Positions 30,047-39,546 of a stretch of 64,000 nt of DNA are shown here, one piece after another. The position numbers and the translations under genes are program-made. Position 1 is the first letter of the stretch. Each line of letters begins with the position of its first letter. The stretch comes from Candidatus Bathyarchaeota archaeon (GTDB taxonomy: Archaea > Thermoproteota > Bathyarchaeia > Bathyarchaeales > Bathycorpusculaceae): positions 32,001 to 96,000 of the forward strand of contig CAVZPM010000001.1 of the NCBI GenBank assembly GCA_963777155.1, read 5' to 3'. Under the pieces are notes generated by a model. The model was not told the DNA's origin and searched no databases. It saw nothing but the letters and a program-made list of their open reading frames with translations.

Positions 30047-31397
30047 AAAAAACACCATGATAAACGTCGCAGAACGTGCGGTGGAGGCAGCCTTAAAGAT
30101 GGGTGCTCAAGAGGCGGAAGCCTATTCCTACGAGGGGCAAGCCACAAACATCGGTATCGAACTTGGACAAATCAGCAAGACAAACCGGATAATCGACCGA
30201 GGCTTGGGCTTAAGAGTAGCAGCCAATAAGGCAATCGGTTTTGCCTACACAAACATCCTCGATGACCAGAAGGCTATGGAGAACGTTGTTATTGGCGCGC
30301 TTAGTGCTGCGAGGGCAAGCAAACCCGACCCAGACTGGAAGGGACTGCCGCAAAAGAAACCATACTTCCAGACGGCGAAAACCTTTGATAAAAAAATTCT
30401 AGCCCTCACTCCTGAAGAATTGGTTAATGTTGCTACAGAGATGTTGGAGGCTGCTGGTCAAGTGGATAAACGAGTGCTTGCCATAGAAGGAGGTGTAGGC
30501 GCAGGATATGTTTCAGTTGCCATCGTTAACTCAAACGATGTAACAGGCTTTGATCGAGGAACGGTAGTAGAGTGCAGTTTGGCGACGTTGGCTAAGGAAG
30601 GTTCAACTGTGGCGCCTATGTGTTTTGAATTTAACGCTGCAAGAAACTTTAGCCTTGATCCCAGTTGGGTCGGCAGAGAAGCAGCAAAGATGTCGATTTC
30701 AGCATTAAAAACTAAGTCTGTTGAAACAAAATCGGGGAAAGTCATCCTGACCCAGTTTGCGCTCCAAGAACTCTTAACTCACACAGTAATCAACGCTATA
30801 AGAGCTGACAGTATGCAGAGAGGGCAATCGCCTTTTAAGGGGAAAATCGGGGAAAAAGTCGCTTCAGAGAACCTCACCATCTTTGACGATGGACTACTTG
30901 CTGGCGGGTTACGCACGGCAGTCTTTGACGGTGAAGGAGTGCCACATCAAAAAACATCTGTCATAGAGAAGGGTGTTCTGCGTAGTTTCCTCTACGACAA
31001 CTATTCAGCTAAAAAAGAGGGTGCTGAGAGCACTGGTAACGCATCAAGAGCAGGATACCTCTCTACACCCAGCATAGATACCACAAACTTTCACATAATC
31101 CCCGGAAACAAAACCCAAGATGAAATGCTAAGCGAAGTTGACGATGGCTTAATAGTCTATTATTTGCAGGGTGCCCATAGTAGCAATCCTGTAAGCGGCG
31201 AATTCTCGGTGGTAGCAACTCCAGCTTGGAAGATAAAGGATGGGGAAATCACTCATTGTTCACGGGGTGTAATGTTGGCAGGCAACATATTTGAGCTGCT
31301 TAAAAACATCAGCGTAGTCGGCGGTAACGAGAGGCAGATGGGTTCTTTGATTGCTCCATGGATCGAGGTTGAGAATGTCCGTGTGATTGGACAGTAA
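30039..31397 (+). CDS. pmbA: PmbA/TldE subunit
   Basis: [20 protein letters not shown], no HExxH; adjacent to tldD. Confidence 0.92.
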   Translation: MLEKNTMINVAERAVEAALKMGAQEAEAYSYEGQATNIGIELGQISKTNRIIDRGLGLRVAANKAIGFAYTNILDDQKAMENVVIGALSAARASKPDPDWKGLPQKKPYFQTAKTFDKKILALTPEELVNVATEMLEAAGQVDKRVLAIEGGVGAGYVSVAIVNSNDVTGFDRGTVVECSLATLAKEGSTVAPMCFEFNAARNFSLDPSWVGREAAKMSISALKTKSVETKSGKVILTQFALQELLTHTVINAIRADSMQRGQSPFKGKIGEKVASENLTIFDDGLLAGGLRTAVFDGEGVPHQKTSVIEKGVLRSFLYDNYSAKKEGAESTGNASRAGYLSTPSIDTTNFHIIPGNKTQDEMLSEVDDGLIVYYLQGAHSSNPVSGEFSVVATPAWKIKDGEITHCSRGVMLAGNIFELLKNISVVGGNERQMGSLIAPWIEVENVRVIGQ

Positions 31398-31439
31398 ACC
31401 TTCAATCTCATGGCTATAGTTCTTTTTGTTTTAGCAGTA

Positions 31440-32642
31440 TTAAGCCCAGAAACTCTTTGAGTATTCGCCTAAAACGCCCTCGTATATGCGTTTAGTCTGT
31501 TGAGCGATTTTTTCCCAATCATACTTCTCTTGTACACGTTTGTATGCGTTTTCGCGGAGTTGTTTAGCGTAGTACCCGTCAAGCAAGACCTTTGTTATGC
31601 CCCAAGCCAGTGAATCAGGGTTGTTCGGGTAAACCTTTACTCCCGTAATGTCGTGTTCGATGATTTCTGATAAGCCGCCGGTGTCAGAAGCAACCACTGG
31701 ACTTTGCGCGGCCATAGCTTCCAAAGCGACGATTCCGAAGGGTTCAAAAAGCGAAGGCACAACTGACACGTCAGAGCATCTCTGCAGCTTAAGAAGAGAC
31801 GGCTCATCTAGAAAACCTTGGAACAGTACTTTATGCTCAAGACCCATGCTGCGTACGATGTTTAGCAATTGCTCTTTCATGTAGCCACTGCCGACGATTA
31901 TGAATTTGGCGTTGACTTTGCTCAGGATTTTTGGGACAGCATTAATCAGCACATGGATGCCTTTCTCGTAGACCAAGCGCCCGACGAAGAGAACGATTTT
32001 TTCTTCAGGTAAAGCAAACTTGCTCCTGTACTCCTTTAGGTCTTCATTGCCATCGTAGTTATGGGTGTTTACTCCGTTTGGAACCATAACTAACTTGTCG
32101 CTTGGCAGTCCAAAAACGTATTTTACGTGTGAAATCATGTAGTTGCTGCAACAGATTACCTTCCACGCCTCGTAGGTTAACCAAGCTTCAGTCTCATGAA
32201 TCATTCTTTCAGTCGTGGTGTGCAATCCGTCTCTCCTGCCCATTTCAGTGGAGTGCATTGTTGCCAGAAGGGGTTTTCTGAAGACATGCTTGAGTCCGAT
32301 GCCTGCGTTTGCGACGAGCCAGTCGTGGGCATGGAAAACATCGATTTTGTCAGATATTTTCCGTGTTAAGGCGGCGGTTTCTTTTTGCATGTTCATGTTC
32401 ATTAAGTAAACCCATGTTGCAAAGTCGGGGGCTGGGTTTTTGTATGAGTCAACTCGGTAGACTTCCACGCCGTCTATTACTTCATGGGCGGGTGTGCCTG
32501 GGAAGTCACAAGTTATCACGTATACTTTGACGTCTTGTTTTGCTAAATGCTTGGATAAAAAGTAGATGTGGGGTGAGATGCCACCGATTACTCTTGGCGG
32601 GTATTCCCAACTGAGCATCATAACGGTTAGGTCATGTTTCAT
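31440..32642 (-). CDS. GT4 glycosyltransferase (glycogen synthase-like)
   Basis: SWEYPPRVIGG, HAHDW, FVGRLVYEKG, SLFEPFGIVALEAMA. Confidence 0.92.
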   Translation of the reverse strand: MKHDLTVMMLSWEYPPRVIGGISPHIYFLSKHLAKQDVKVYVITCDFPGTPAHEVIDGVEVYRVDSYKNPAPDFATWVYLMNMNMQKETAALTRKISDKIDVFHAHDWLVANAGIGLKHVFRKPLLATMHSTEMGRRDGLHTTTERMIHETEAWLTYEAWKVICCSNYMISHVKYVFGLPSDKLVMVPNGVNTHNYDGNEDLKEYRSKFALPEEKIVLFVGRLVYEKGIHVLINAVPKILSKVNAKFIIVGSGYMKEQLLNIVRSMGLEHKVLFQGFLDEPSLLKLQRCSDVSVVPSLFEPFGIVALEAMAAQSPVVASDTGGLSEIIEHDITGVKVYPNNPDSLAWGITKVLLDGYYAKQLRENAYKRVQEKYDWEKIAQQTKRIYEGVLGEYSKSFWA

Positions 32643-33261
32643 TCTTTTTTGCCTCCGTCACTTTGCCGTACAATTTTTGGAATTCTTTGCCTAAAGAATC
32701 AGAATCCGACGAAATAACAGTTATTTTTTCTTTGGGCACATCGTATATTCTAACTATCTCATCTTTCATCCACTCGGATTTTACGCTTATCCTTGAAGCC
32801 TCATAGAATCCGAGCCATTCGATGCTTTTTATCGCCATGTTGTACGAAGCGTTCGCGTTGGGGGAACGCTGGTCCTCTATGCTTTCAATCGAGAAGACAA
32901 ACGGGAGATCCAGAGCGTTCTTTAGGGTAACGGCTGCCGGAATAAAGTGCCAATCAAAAACGTCTATGAGGTCAATGTGTTTGTGGGCTTCATAGTAAAT
33001 GTTCGTTGCCGCCCGTTCAACTTCCTGGTTTAAAGTTAAAACCCAGGTTAAAACACCTATATGGTTACGCACTGGATTGGCTACTCTGAAGGTTTTTACG
33101 CCGCTGGATTCGTGGGTTTGACCAGTTGCAGAGTCATCATAGGTTACAACGTTAACCTCAACTTTGCTGCTGGCAAGTTGACCCGAGAGGTCGCTAACGT
33201 AACCAGAGAGTTGACCTACCACCCTTGGCGGATACTCCCAGGAAAAAATGACGATACGCAT
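32632..33261 (-). CDS. GT4 N-terminal-domain-only protein
   Basis: SWEYPPRVVG, VFDW; ends before the nucleotide-sugar-binding domain. Confidence 0.8.
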   Translation of the reverse strand: MRIVIFSWEYPPRVVGQLSGYVSDLSGQLASSKVEVNVVTYDDSATGQTHESSGVKTFRVANPVRNHIGVLTWVLTLNQEVERAATNIYYEAHKHIDLIDVFDWHFIPAAVTLKNALDLPFVFSIESIEDQRSPNANASYNMAIKSIEWLGFYEASRISVKSEWMKDEIVRIYDVPKEKITVISSDSDSLGKEFQKLYGKVTEAKKNET

Positions 33262-33268
33262 ATTTCCA

Positions 33269-33520
33269 CTACGTAAAAAGCGAACAGACTTTAATTATGC
33301 CTCTTCCATTAAGATAATACCGTTTCTTGCCTTCGTTGTCATAGAAGCTTTCAGCAAAGCCTTCAGACTTGTATTGGTCTAGTATGCTTTCGATTTCGCT
33401 TGGGTCTTTCTGCAGAAGCCGTGCCACTTCTTCGCCTCGACGTGCTAAATCGGCGGCGGTAGCGCACAAGTTGTGCAGTGTTTGCAGAACCTTATCTGGA
33501 AACGGAAGCTCTTCTCTCAT
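33269..33520 (-). CDS. Small winged-helix protein
   Basis: EEVARLLQ..SEIESIL...EG...KKRYYLNGRG pattern. Confidence 0.65.
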   Translation of the reverse strand: MREELPFPDKVLQTLHNLCATAADLARRGEEVARLLQKDPSEIESILDQYKSEGFAESFYDNEGKKRYYLNGRGIIKVCSLFT

Positions 33521-33588
33521 GTTTGATGCACCGTGCCATCAAAGAGTACGGCGACTTATCTTATAAACGCATGTGAGATGGGTTTTTC

Positions 33589-35136
33589 TTAGAAAAGCTG
33601 GGTTGCATCCTGCACTTCCTTGCTTTCTGCTGTGTACCTTTTCTTTGTGACGTCAACCATTGCTTTTCTAAGTTTCTCGCCTTTTTCCCCTGAAGCACCG
33701 ATGGTTTTGAATTGCGATGCCAATTTTTTGTCTTTAAGTGAGCTTTGCGCCCAACTTTCAAAGTCGCCGTTGCCTACATGGAACTCTATAGCTTTAGAGT
33801 CTACTTCTGTTAGTGCTTTGATGAAGCCTTTGAGACTCCAAGCCATTGTGCCCGTGTAGCGATCTTTGCCGGCGCCTGTGTAAAACAGAAAAGGCTCATT
33901 TGCAGTTAGGAGAGCAATTCTCAATCGAGCTTCAAAATCGTTAAGCAATGTTTGTGCAGCCACGAAAGCATCCATTGGAGACTCGTATGGGCTAAAGTAG
34001 GAATGTACTTCTCCTGGACCGCCTCCTGCAGTGAACATGTAGTAGAGGTGGTCGCTTGTTTGGAAGTCACGCCACAACCTTAGAAACTCTTTGTCGTCTG
34101 CTTCTTTAATCAAAGGCTCCAACCTGCGTAGAGTAGTGTAATATGCCCACTGCATAACGTTGCCTAGCCACCCTGACTGGTCACGTTTGATATCTGCCCA
34201 CGAAACTGTGCCTTCGGCTTCTGGAACATCAATCTCTCCTGCTGAAGCATGTTTATCCACCACCTCGGATGGAGTAGCCATTTGTAAATGTTCAAACTTT
34301 AGTATCTCGTCTGGAAGGTGTTGCAGGAAGCTGTGGATTCCTGTTTCAGGCCAATGATGCTCCCCAAAAGTTTCATAGTCTGGGAAGATGCTGATGCATT
34401 CACCCTTGGTTTCTGAAAGCCACCGCGCATATTTATCGGCAGTTAGCGGCCACTCTGGCCACCATCGTGCTGAAAACCTGAACCCGATGTCATCAGTCAA
34501 CTTGTAATTCCTTAGAAGCACCCGGATTTTCTTAGTGCTTTTTGGTGTGTAGATGTAGTTTGGGGATTTTTCACCAAGAATCTTTTCCACCCCCTCAGTG
34601 TAGATGCCCTTATAACCCATGTTTTCAACGGTTTTTGCGATGGTATTGTTGTAAAGTAACTCTGTGTTTTCGAAGACTTGAGGCATGTAGCCCAGAAGGT
34701 CTTTCATGGTTTGTTTGTGCAACGCAACTTGCTCGATAAATTCCTCTTTTTCAGGGTAGAGACTGGCGATAGAGTGATAGTAGGTTTGATCAAGAAACTC
34801 CACACGCCCCGAAGCAGCTAGTTGACGAAAGCTCTCTAGCAAGTCCTTCTCGAACATTTCACATTGCTCAAGGAAAACGCCTGAAACACTAAAGGAAAAC
34901 TTGGCTTGTCTGCGGTTATGCTTGTGTCGGTCCACTACATCGAGGATAATCTGGTTTGAAGGATAGTAGCATTTGCGTGCGGCTCGCCTAAAAATTTCTG
35001 AGTCAACTTCGTTGTCAAAGTAGTAGTTGAAAAGTTCGTTTTTGGGTAGACGCCTAAACACTTTGCCTTCCCAAAACAGGTTTCTCCTCAGTCTGTGTGG
35101 CTGGTGAACTTCAAACACGAACACAACATCAGTCAT
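33589..35136 (-). CDS. GH57 alpha-amylase with C-terminal DUF5752-like extension
   Basis: FEVHQP, QTYYHS, ENTEL, DYETFGEHH, TSDHLYYM; tail FHVGNGDFESW. Confidence 0.92.
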   Translation of the reverse strand: MTDVVFVFEVHQPHRLRRNLFWEGKVFRRLPKNELFNYYFDNEVDSEIFRRAARKCYYPSNQIILDVVDRHKHNRRQAKFSFSVSGVFLEQCEMFEKDLLESFRQLAASGRVEFLDQTYYHSIASLYPEKEEFIEQVALHKQTMKDLLGYMPQVFENTELLYNNTIAKTVENMGYKGIYTEGVEKILGEKSPNYIYTPKSTKKIRVLLRNYKLTDDIGFRFSARWWPEWPLTADKYARWLSETKGECISIFPDYETFGEHHWPETGIHSFLQHLPDEILKFEHLQMATPSEVVDKHASAGEIDVPEAEGTVSWADIKRDQSGWLGNVMQWAYYTTLRRLEPLIKEADDKEFLRLWRDFQTSDHLYYMFTAGGGPGEVHSYFSPYESPMDAFVAAQTLLNDFEARLRIALLTANEPFLFYTGAGKDRYTGTMAWSLKGFIKALTEVDSKAIEFHVGNGDFESWAQSSLKDKKLASQFKTIGASGEKGEKLRKAMVDVTKKRYTAESKEVQDATQLF

Positions 35137-35309
35137 GACTCATAAGCCTCTAACAATCATATCAGACCTTACAGGTATTTCTAACTTATCTTTGGGATTT
35201 CTAAGATGTGTAGGCTAAAGAAAAAAAGCCAGGTTGCTCAGCACCTAAGGTATCTTTGCAAGTCAGATTATGGAAAAATTTTATATTAAAAGCCGTTGAC
35301 TACCAAGGT

Positions 35310-36026
35310 ATGACACCCAATAAAAACAGTAGGGCACCATACAAGCGAAAATCCAACAAGACACTGTTTCTTGCAATAGGCATAATTGCTATAATTCTAA
35401 TCGGCGTCGGGGCATACATTATGTTCGGGCAATCAGCAAACCAACCAGCTAACGCGACGCCAACTCCTACGCCTACTCCAGCACCGACTTCGTCAACATC
35501 GCCTTCGGCTACACCTGCCGATCCCCATTATGTCAACCCAACAAAAGTTCGGCTTCAAACCTCCGTCGGAAACATAACCCTTGAGTTGCGAAGCGATAAG
35601 CCCATCACAACTGCTAACTTCATAAACCTCGTACAACAAGGAAAGTACGATGGAACAGTTTTCCACAGAGTAATTGCAGGCTTCATGATACAGGGCGGCT
35701 CAATCAGTGGCTCCACCCCCACTATAGCTGACGAAATTGGGAGCAACAATCGTAATGTTGCGTACACAATAGCTATGGCGAAAACCAGCGACCCCAATTC
35801 AGCAACAAGCCAATTCTTCATAAACGTTGCCGATAACGGAAACAACCCCATAGACCAGGCAGGAACCAAATTCGACGCAGTTTACGCAGTCTTTGGAAAA
35901 GTAGTCGAGGGTCAAAGTGTCGTTGATGCAATAGCTAACGCCCAAGTTACCGCAAATCCATACACACATGAAAACAGTTCACCTGTTAACCCTGTCACAC
36001 TAACAAAAGCTACAATATTACCTTAA
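35310..36026 (+). CDS. Membrane-anchored cyclophilin-type PPIase
   Basis: N-terminal TM helix, PT-rich linker, FHRVIAGFMIQGG, SATSQFFIN, AVFGKV. Confidence 0.92.
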   Translation: MTPNKNSRAPYKRKSNKTLFLAIGIIAIILIGVGAYIMFGQSANQPANATPTPTPTPAPTSSTSPSATPADPHYVNPTKVRLQTSVGNITLELRSDKPITTANFINLVQQGKYDGTVFHRVIAGFMIQGGSISGSTPTIADEIGSNNRNVAYTIAMAKTSDPNSATSQFFINVADNGNNPIDQAGTKFDAVYAVFGKVVEGQSVVDAIANAQVTANPYTHENSSPVNPVTLTKATILP

Positions 36027-36114
36027 ATAGATCCAAAATATCATCCTTCAACTTTTCTTTTTTATTTAATTTAATAAATCTGTGGCATTAAGCACAATCA
36101 AGACAGCCTATCTT

Positions 36115-36141
36115 TTGCAATAGGCATAATAGCTATAATTC
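36115..36141 (+). repeat. Decayed copy of the 35371-35397 signal-anchor coding sequence
   Basis: TTGCAATAGGCATAAT(T/A)GCTATAATTC, 26/27 identical. Confidence 0.85.
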
Positions 36142-36163
36142 AAATTGATCTCTTTGATAAATT

Positions 36164-36649
36164 ATGTCAGGACAAACATCAAATCAACCTGAAACTAAAA
36201 TTCTACTTCACACAAGCATGGGCGATATAACAATCGCTTTGCGCAACGATATGCCGATAACCACAGGAAACTTCAAGAACCTTGTACAAAAGGGGACTTA
36301 CAACGGTACAATTTTTCACCGTGTCATCCCAGGTTTCATGATTCAAGGCGGGGACCCAACAGGCACCGGTTATGGCGACCCATCAATACCTGAAATCCGA
36401 GATGAATTTACAAAAACCAACCGCAACGACAGAGGCACAATATCAATGGCAAACGCGGGTCCAAACACAGGAAGCAGCCAATTCTTCATCAACCAAGTAA
36501 ACAACAACTTTTTAGATGGCAAGCACCCTGCCTTTGGCAAAGTCATCGCTGGAATGGATGTCGTCGATAAGATCGTTAAAGTGCCAACCAACCGGAACGA
36601 TAAACCTTTAACCAATGTCACAATTGTTAGCGCGACAATCTTGCTTTAA
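36164..36649 (+). CDS. Cytoplasmic cyclophilin-type PPIase
   Basis: FHRVIPGFMIQGGDPTGTG, SMANAGPNTGSSQFFI, LDGKHPAFG. Confidence 0.95.
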   Translation: MSGQTSNQPETKILLHTSMGDITIALRNDMPITTGNFKNLVQKGTYNGTIFHRVIPGFMIQGGDPTGTGYGDPSIPEIRDEFTKTNRNDRGTISMANAGPNTGSSQFFINQVNNNFLDGKHPAFGKVIAGMDVVDKIVKVPTNRNDKPLTNVTIVSATILL

Positions 36650-36675
36650 ACAAAAAATAAAAAGTTAAAAATTAA

Positions 36676-36879
36676 CTATTTTTTCTTTTCTTCTTCAGGT
36701 TTAGGCTTAGAACCGATTTCTACAGCTTGGATGCTTATTTGGTATTTCTTGCCGCCTGCAACCATCTTTCCCGTTCCGTAGTAGCCTCTGCTGCCTGTTT
36801 TGAAGTTTTTTTTGTCGAGGATGAAGTTTTGTTTTTCGCCACATAGCTGGATAGTTGACATGTTTACATCGTTACTCAT
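36676..36879 (-). CDS. Small basic hypothetical protein
   Basis: GGTGAG SD; FKTGSRGYYGTGK...KYQISIQAVEIGSKP. Confidence 0.7.
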   Translation of the reverse strand: MSNDVNMSTIQLCGEKQNFILDKKNFKTGSRGYYGTGKMVAGGKKYQISIQAVEIGSKPKPEEEKKK

Positions 36880-37088
36880 TTTAGGTCTCACCTATCTTTA
36901 CTTCTTATCATTGTTCTGTTGCTTTTCACCTTTTCGCTTTGAGTTCTGGACATTTTGTTTTTAGGTTACTTTTTTATTTTCATTAAATCCAAATCTACCA
37001 ATGGCACTGGACTATTTTTTGTAAAGCGTCTTTCAGCAAAGTTTTTAAGTGTTATATTAACTCTTATGAGTTAATATAGTGAATCCGT

Positions 37089-37448
37089 ATGCCAAAACTC
37101 CCAAAAAATGAAAAAATCATCGGTTACGCCCTACTGATCTTAGGTGTCATTTTGTTGCTTTTTTCAATCGTTGAAATGGTGACAGTCTATTACGGTTATG
37201 CTCCTCCACCAAAACTCTTCAACCTCCAAGACATTTCCCTGCCCGGAGATAACGGATCGAACATATCGTTAATTCAAGGCGCCCAAGCAAGCCAATTGCC
37301 TAACCTTTTCTTCTGGTTTTTACTTATGGGGTTTGTCCTGCTTGCAGGAGGAAAAATCGCGTCATTGGGTATTAGCATGATTAAAGATATTAAAGTTGAA
37401 ATAAGCGAGCCAATGACAACGCCTGCCAATGTACAAAGCGCCAAATAA
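37089..37448 (+). CDS. Hypothetical two-TM membrane protein
   Basis: Two hydrophobic helices; similar to the next gene. Confidence 0.75.
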   Translation: MPKLPKNEKIIGYALLILGVILLLFSIVEMVTVYYGYAPPPKLFNLQDISLPGDNGSNISLIQGAQASQLPNLFFWFLLMGFVLLAGGKIASLGISMIKDIKVEISEPMTTPANVQSAK

Positions 37449-37464
37449 ACAAACGTGACTGCCC

Positions 37465-37911
37465 ATGGATTCTTCAGCAACCGAATACATCAAAATTCTT
37501 CTAGATGTTTTGGTAGCTGCCATAATAACTGTGGTCTTATTCTTTATTGTTCGACGATCAAGAAAGGAACAAACATTCGTCGGATACACAGCGCGATCAG
37601 TTGAGGAAAAGTACATAGGATATGTTTTGCTTGTAACAGGGATAGTTGTAATAGTTGTTTCAATCTTCGAGCTAATTGTTCTCTTAGAAGGCAATTACTA
37701 CTCGCCTATACCGTTTGGCTTGACTGATCTCCAAATGACCACAGGCAACCAAACTACAGCTGTTGCTTCAGGACAGCTTTTAGGGCTAGGCTTCGGCATA
37801 TCCTTTTGGCTGTTAATCTTCGGTGCTGGCGGAAGAAAGCTGGTATCCATTGGATTGGATATGCTGAGGGGCAGAGCAATAAAGATTCGGAGAACCGTCA
37901 AAACCCGATAA
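37465..37911 (+). CDS. Hypothetical membrane protein, paralogue of 37089-37448
   Basis: IGYVLLVTG vs IGYALLILG; GGRKLVSIGLDML vs GGKIASLGISMI. Confidence 0.75.
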   Translation: MDSSATEYIKILLDVLVAAIITVVLFFIVRRSRKEQTFVGYTARSVEEKYIGYVLLVTGIVVIVVSIFELIVLLEGNYYSPIPFGLTDLQMTTGNQTTAVASGQLLGLGFGISFWLLIFGAGGRKLVSIGLDMLRGRAIKIRRTVKTR

Positions 37912-38308
37912 TTGAAAAGAGAAAATGGTGCGGTCGCCGGGATTTGAACCCGGGATCATTAGCTTGGAAGGCTAAAGTCCTAAACCAGACTAGACGACAA
38001 CCGCTCATGTTTTGCTGTTTAAGGCTGTTTTTGGGCTTATTTAGGTCATGGGCTTCTTTGTTTTGGCTTTGACCTATTTGACCACTTGTTGCCTTTTCAG
38101 TTGTCAGAGAAATGCCTTGTGTTTTTAATAAAGTTTTCAGAGATTCCATGCTTTGAGGATGATATTCAAACTGGGGTTTGCCCTTTAGTTGTCCTGTGTA
38201 GTGTCTTGCTCTGCCATAAGCTAGTTGTCCATTGTTTCTGATGAATAGTTGTATCAGAGAAACTTTGCCACAAACTCCACATTCAGATTTCACACACTTA
38301 AACTTCAT
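37898..38308 (-). CDS. CxxC-containing ORF reading through tRNA-Gly; candidate N-terminal integrase-like fragment or array-associated protein
   Basis: GGGGAG SD, ATG, CGVCGK and ARHY; last ~30 codons are tRNA sequence; no tyrosine-recombinase catalytic domain. Confidence 0.55.
   Translation of the reverse strand: MKFKCVKSECGVCGKVSLIQLFIRNNGQLAYGRARHYTGQLKGKPQFEYHPQSMESLKTLLKTQGISLTTEKATSGQIGQSQNKEAHDLNKPKNSLKQQNMSGCRLVWFRTLAFQANDPGFKSRRPHHFLFSIIGF
37926..38004 (-). tRNA. tRNA-Gly (TCC), CCA encoded
   Basis: GCGGTTG/CGACCGC acceptor stem, TTAGC-CTTCCAA-GCTAA anticodon arm, CCGGG-TTCAAAT-CCCGG T-arm, ACCA end. Confidence 0.97.
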
Positions 38309-38360
38309 ACAGATACTCCCCTTAGACTTGGAGCTGGAGTGCCATAGAGCTATTTTAAGA

Positions 38361-38383
38361 CCATTAAGAACTAGTTTTGGAGC
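38361..38383 (+). repeat. Cassette repeat, 3' half-copy (left edge of array)
   Basis: CCATTAAGAACTAGTTTTGGAGC matches the 3' part of copy 3 (CATTAAGAGCTAGTTTTGAAG). Confidence 0.75.
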
Positions 38384-38877
38384 GTAGGCTGTGTGAGTGA
38401 TTGTTGCTTTTTGTTCCTTAACTCAACTAGCAGTTGAGCAGTCAAAGAAGGAAAAAAATACAGAATAAAGCTACTAGTTATGAAACTTACATAAACTGAT
38501 GCTGGGAATAATGGAGACCCCGTCCAAAACAGGAAAACTGAAACAAAACCACCTATTGTTATTCCTAAAAGTATCGCTAAGGTTGTTGATTTGCTAGCCA
38601 CTAAGTTTGTTGTGTTTGCTAAGAGGTAGAAGACGCCAAAGAAAATTCCCATCACTAAAAGGGTAACAGTTATTGTTGAAAGATTGGTAAATGTGAGCAA
38701 GAAAAATGAAAGTGCAGAGGTTGTGCTTACTATTAGTTTTAAAACTGTGCATGCAATTGTTAATCCAAAAGCAACAAGGAACGTTATTAGGGCTTTTTTC
38801 ACTTGCTTTGCCTCAAATGGCAATACATTTGTCTGTGGATAAAAGGTTTCACTTACTCTAATTTTGGAGTGTAACAT
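38371..38877 (-). CDS. Cassette ORF 1: multi-TM membrane protein
   Basis: About four hydrophobic segments; stop lies in the left half-repeat; start uncertain (track start 38916 falls within the repeat). Confidence 0.65.
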   Translation of the reverse strand: MLHSKIRVSETFYPQTNVLPFEAKQVKKALITFLVAFGLTIACTVLKLIVSTTSALSFFLLTFTNLSTITVTLLVMGIFFGVFYLLANTTNLVASKSTTLAILLGITIGGFVSVFLFWTGSPLFPASVYVSFITSSFILYFFPSLTAQLLVELRNKKQQSLTQPTLQN

Positions 38878-38884
38878 CAGGTAT

Positions 38885-38944
38885 GCTCTAAATCTGCTAA
38901 TCAGATTAGACAGCATCCAATCTTTAAGACCTATTCTTTAGAGC
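38885..38944 (+). repeat. Cassette repeat, full copy 1
   Basis: GCTCTAAATCTGCTAATCAGATTAGACAGCATCCAATCTTTAAGACCTATTCTTTAGAGC; perfect 8-bp terminal inverted repeat. Confidence 0.85.
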
Positions 38945-38999
38945 TAAAATCATCAATGTAAACAAACCTTAAATCATAAAAGAATGCAAAGGAGCTTCT

Positions 39000-39425
39000 A
39001 TGCGGTTAGATAGAAAATCCCTGTTTGCATTGGCAGTTGTTGTAATGTCTCTTATTTTTATAGTTACTATACTCTATTTTGCAATAGGCACAAAGGGCAA
39101 TCTTGTCAGCACTCATTCTCCTTATACTGGAGAGAGCAGTTATGGTCATGGCTGGAACTCAACTATTAAACTATACCTTGAAAATGTTGGAGGTGGACCA
39201 GCAACAATCTGTGACTTTGTGATTAATGGCAAGTCCTATAGCAGTTATGTTCCTGTTCCTTCAGTTAATCCATCTATAGAGAATGGGTACACCTTGTCTC
39301 TTTTTCAAAGTATTACCTTTACAATTAAACTCATTAACCAACCATCTGCGTTGTACCAAGGTGGAAATGAATTATATGTTTTAACAACAGATGGTCAGAG
39401 TCTAAGAATATACCTTGGCAGTTAA
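39000..39425 (+). CDS. Cassette ORF 2: N-anchored exported beta-rich protein (pilin/archaellin C-domain-like)
   Basis: N-terminal TM; LYLENVGGGPATI..FVING and VLTTDG motifs; GGAG SD. Confidence 0.7.
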   Translation: MRLDRKSLFALAVVVMSLIFIVTILYFAIGTKGNLVSTHSPYTGESSYGHGWNSTIKLYLENVGGGPATICDFVINGKSYSSYVPVPSVNPSIENGYTLSLFQSITFTIKLINQPSALYQGGNELYVLTTDGQSLRIYLGS

Positions 39426-39444
39426 GTACTGATGATTCAAACCT

Positions 39445-39501
39445 ACTTCTAAATCCGCTAGTCAGCAATGACGCTTCCAACCATAAAAAATAGTTTGGAG
39501 T
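39445..39501 (+). repeat. Cassette repeat, full copy 2
   Basis: ACTTCTAAATCCGCTAGTCAGCAATGACGCTTCCAACCATAAAAAATAGTTTGGAGT. Confidence 0.8.
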
Positions 39502-39546
39502 GATTGAGTGTAAAATTATTTATACCTCTTGCAATAAGTGGGGGTC

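Noticed and set aside
35451-35520. Short tandem repeats in cyclophilin 1
   Set aside because: They encode an ordinary Pro/Thr linker.
37806-38072. Plus-strand ORF containing WCGRRDLNPG
   Set aside because: It is the antisense translation of tRNA-Gly and overlaps a real gene; no integrase sequence follows.
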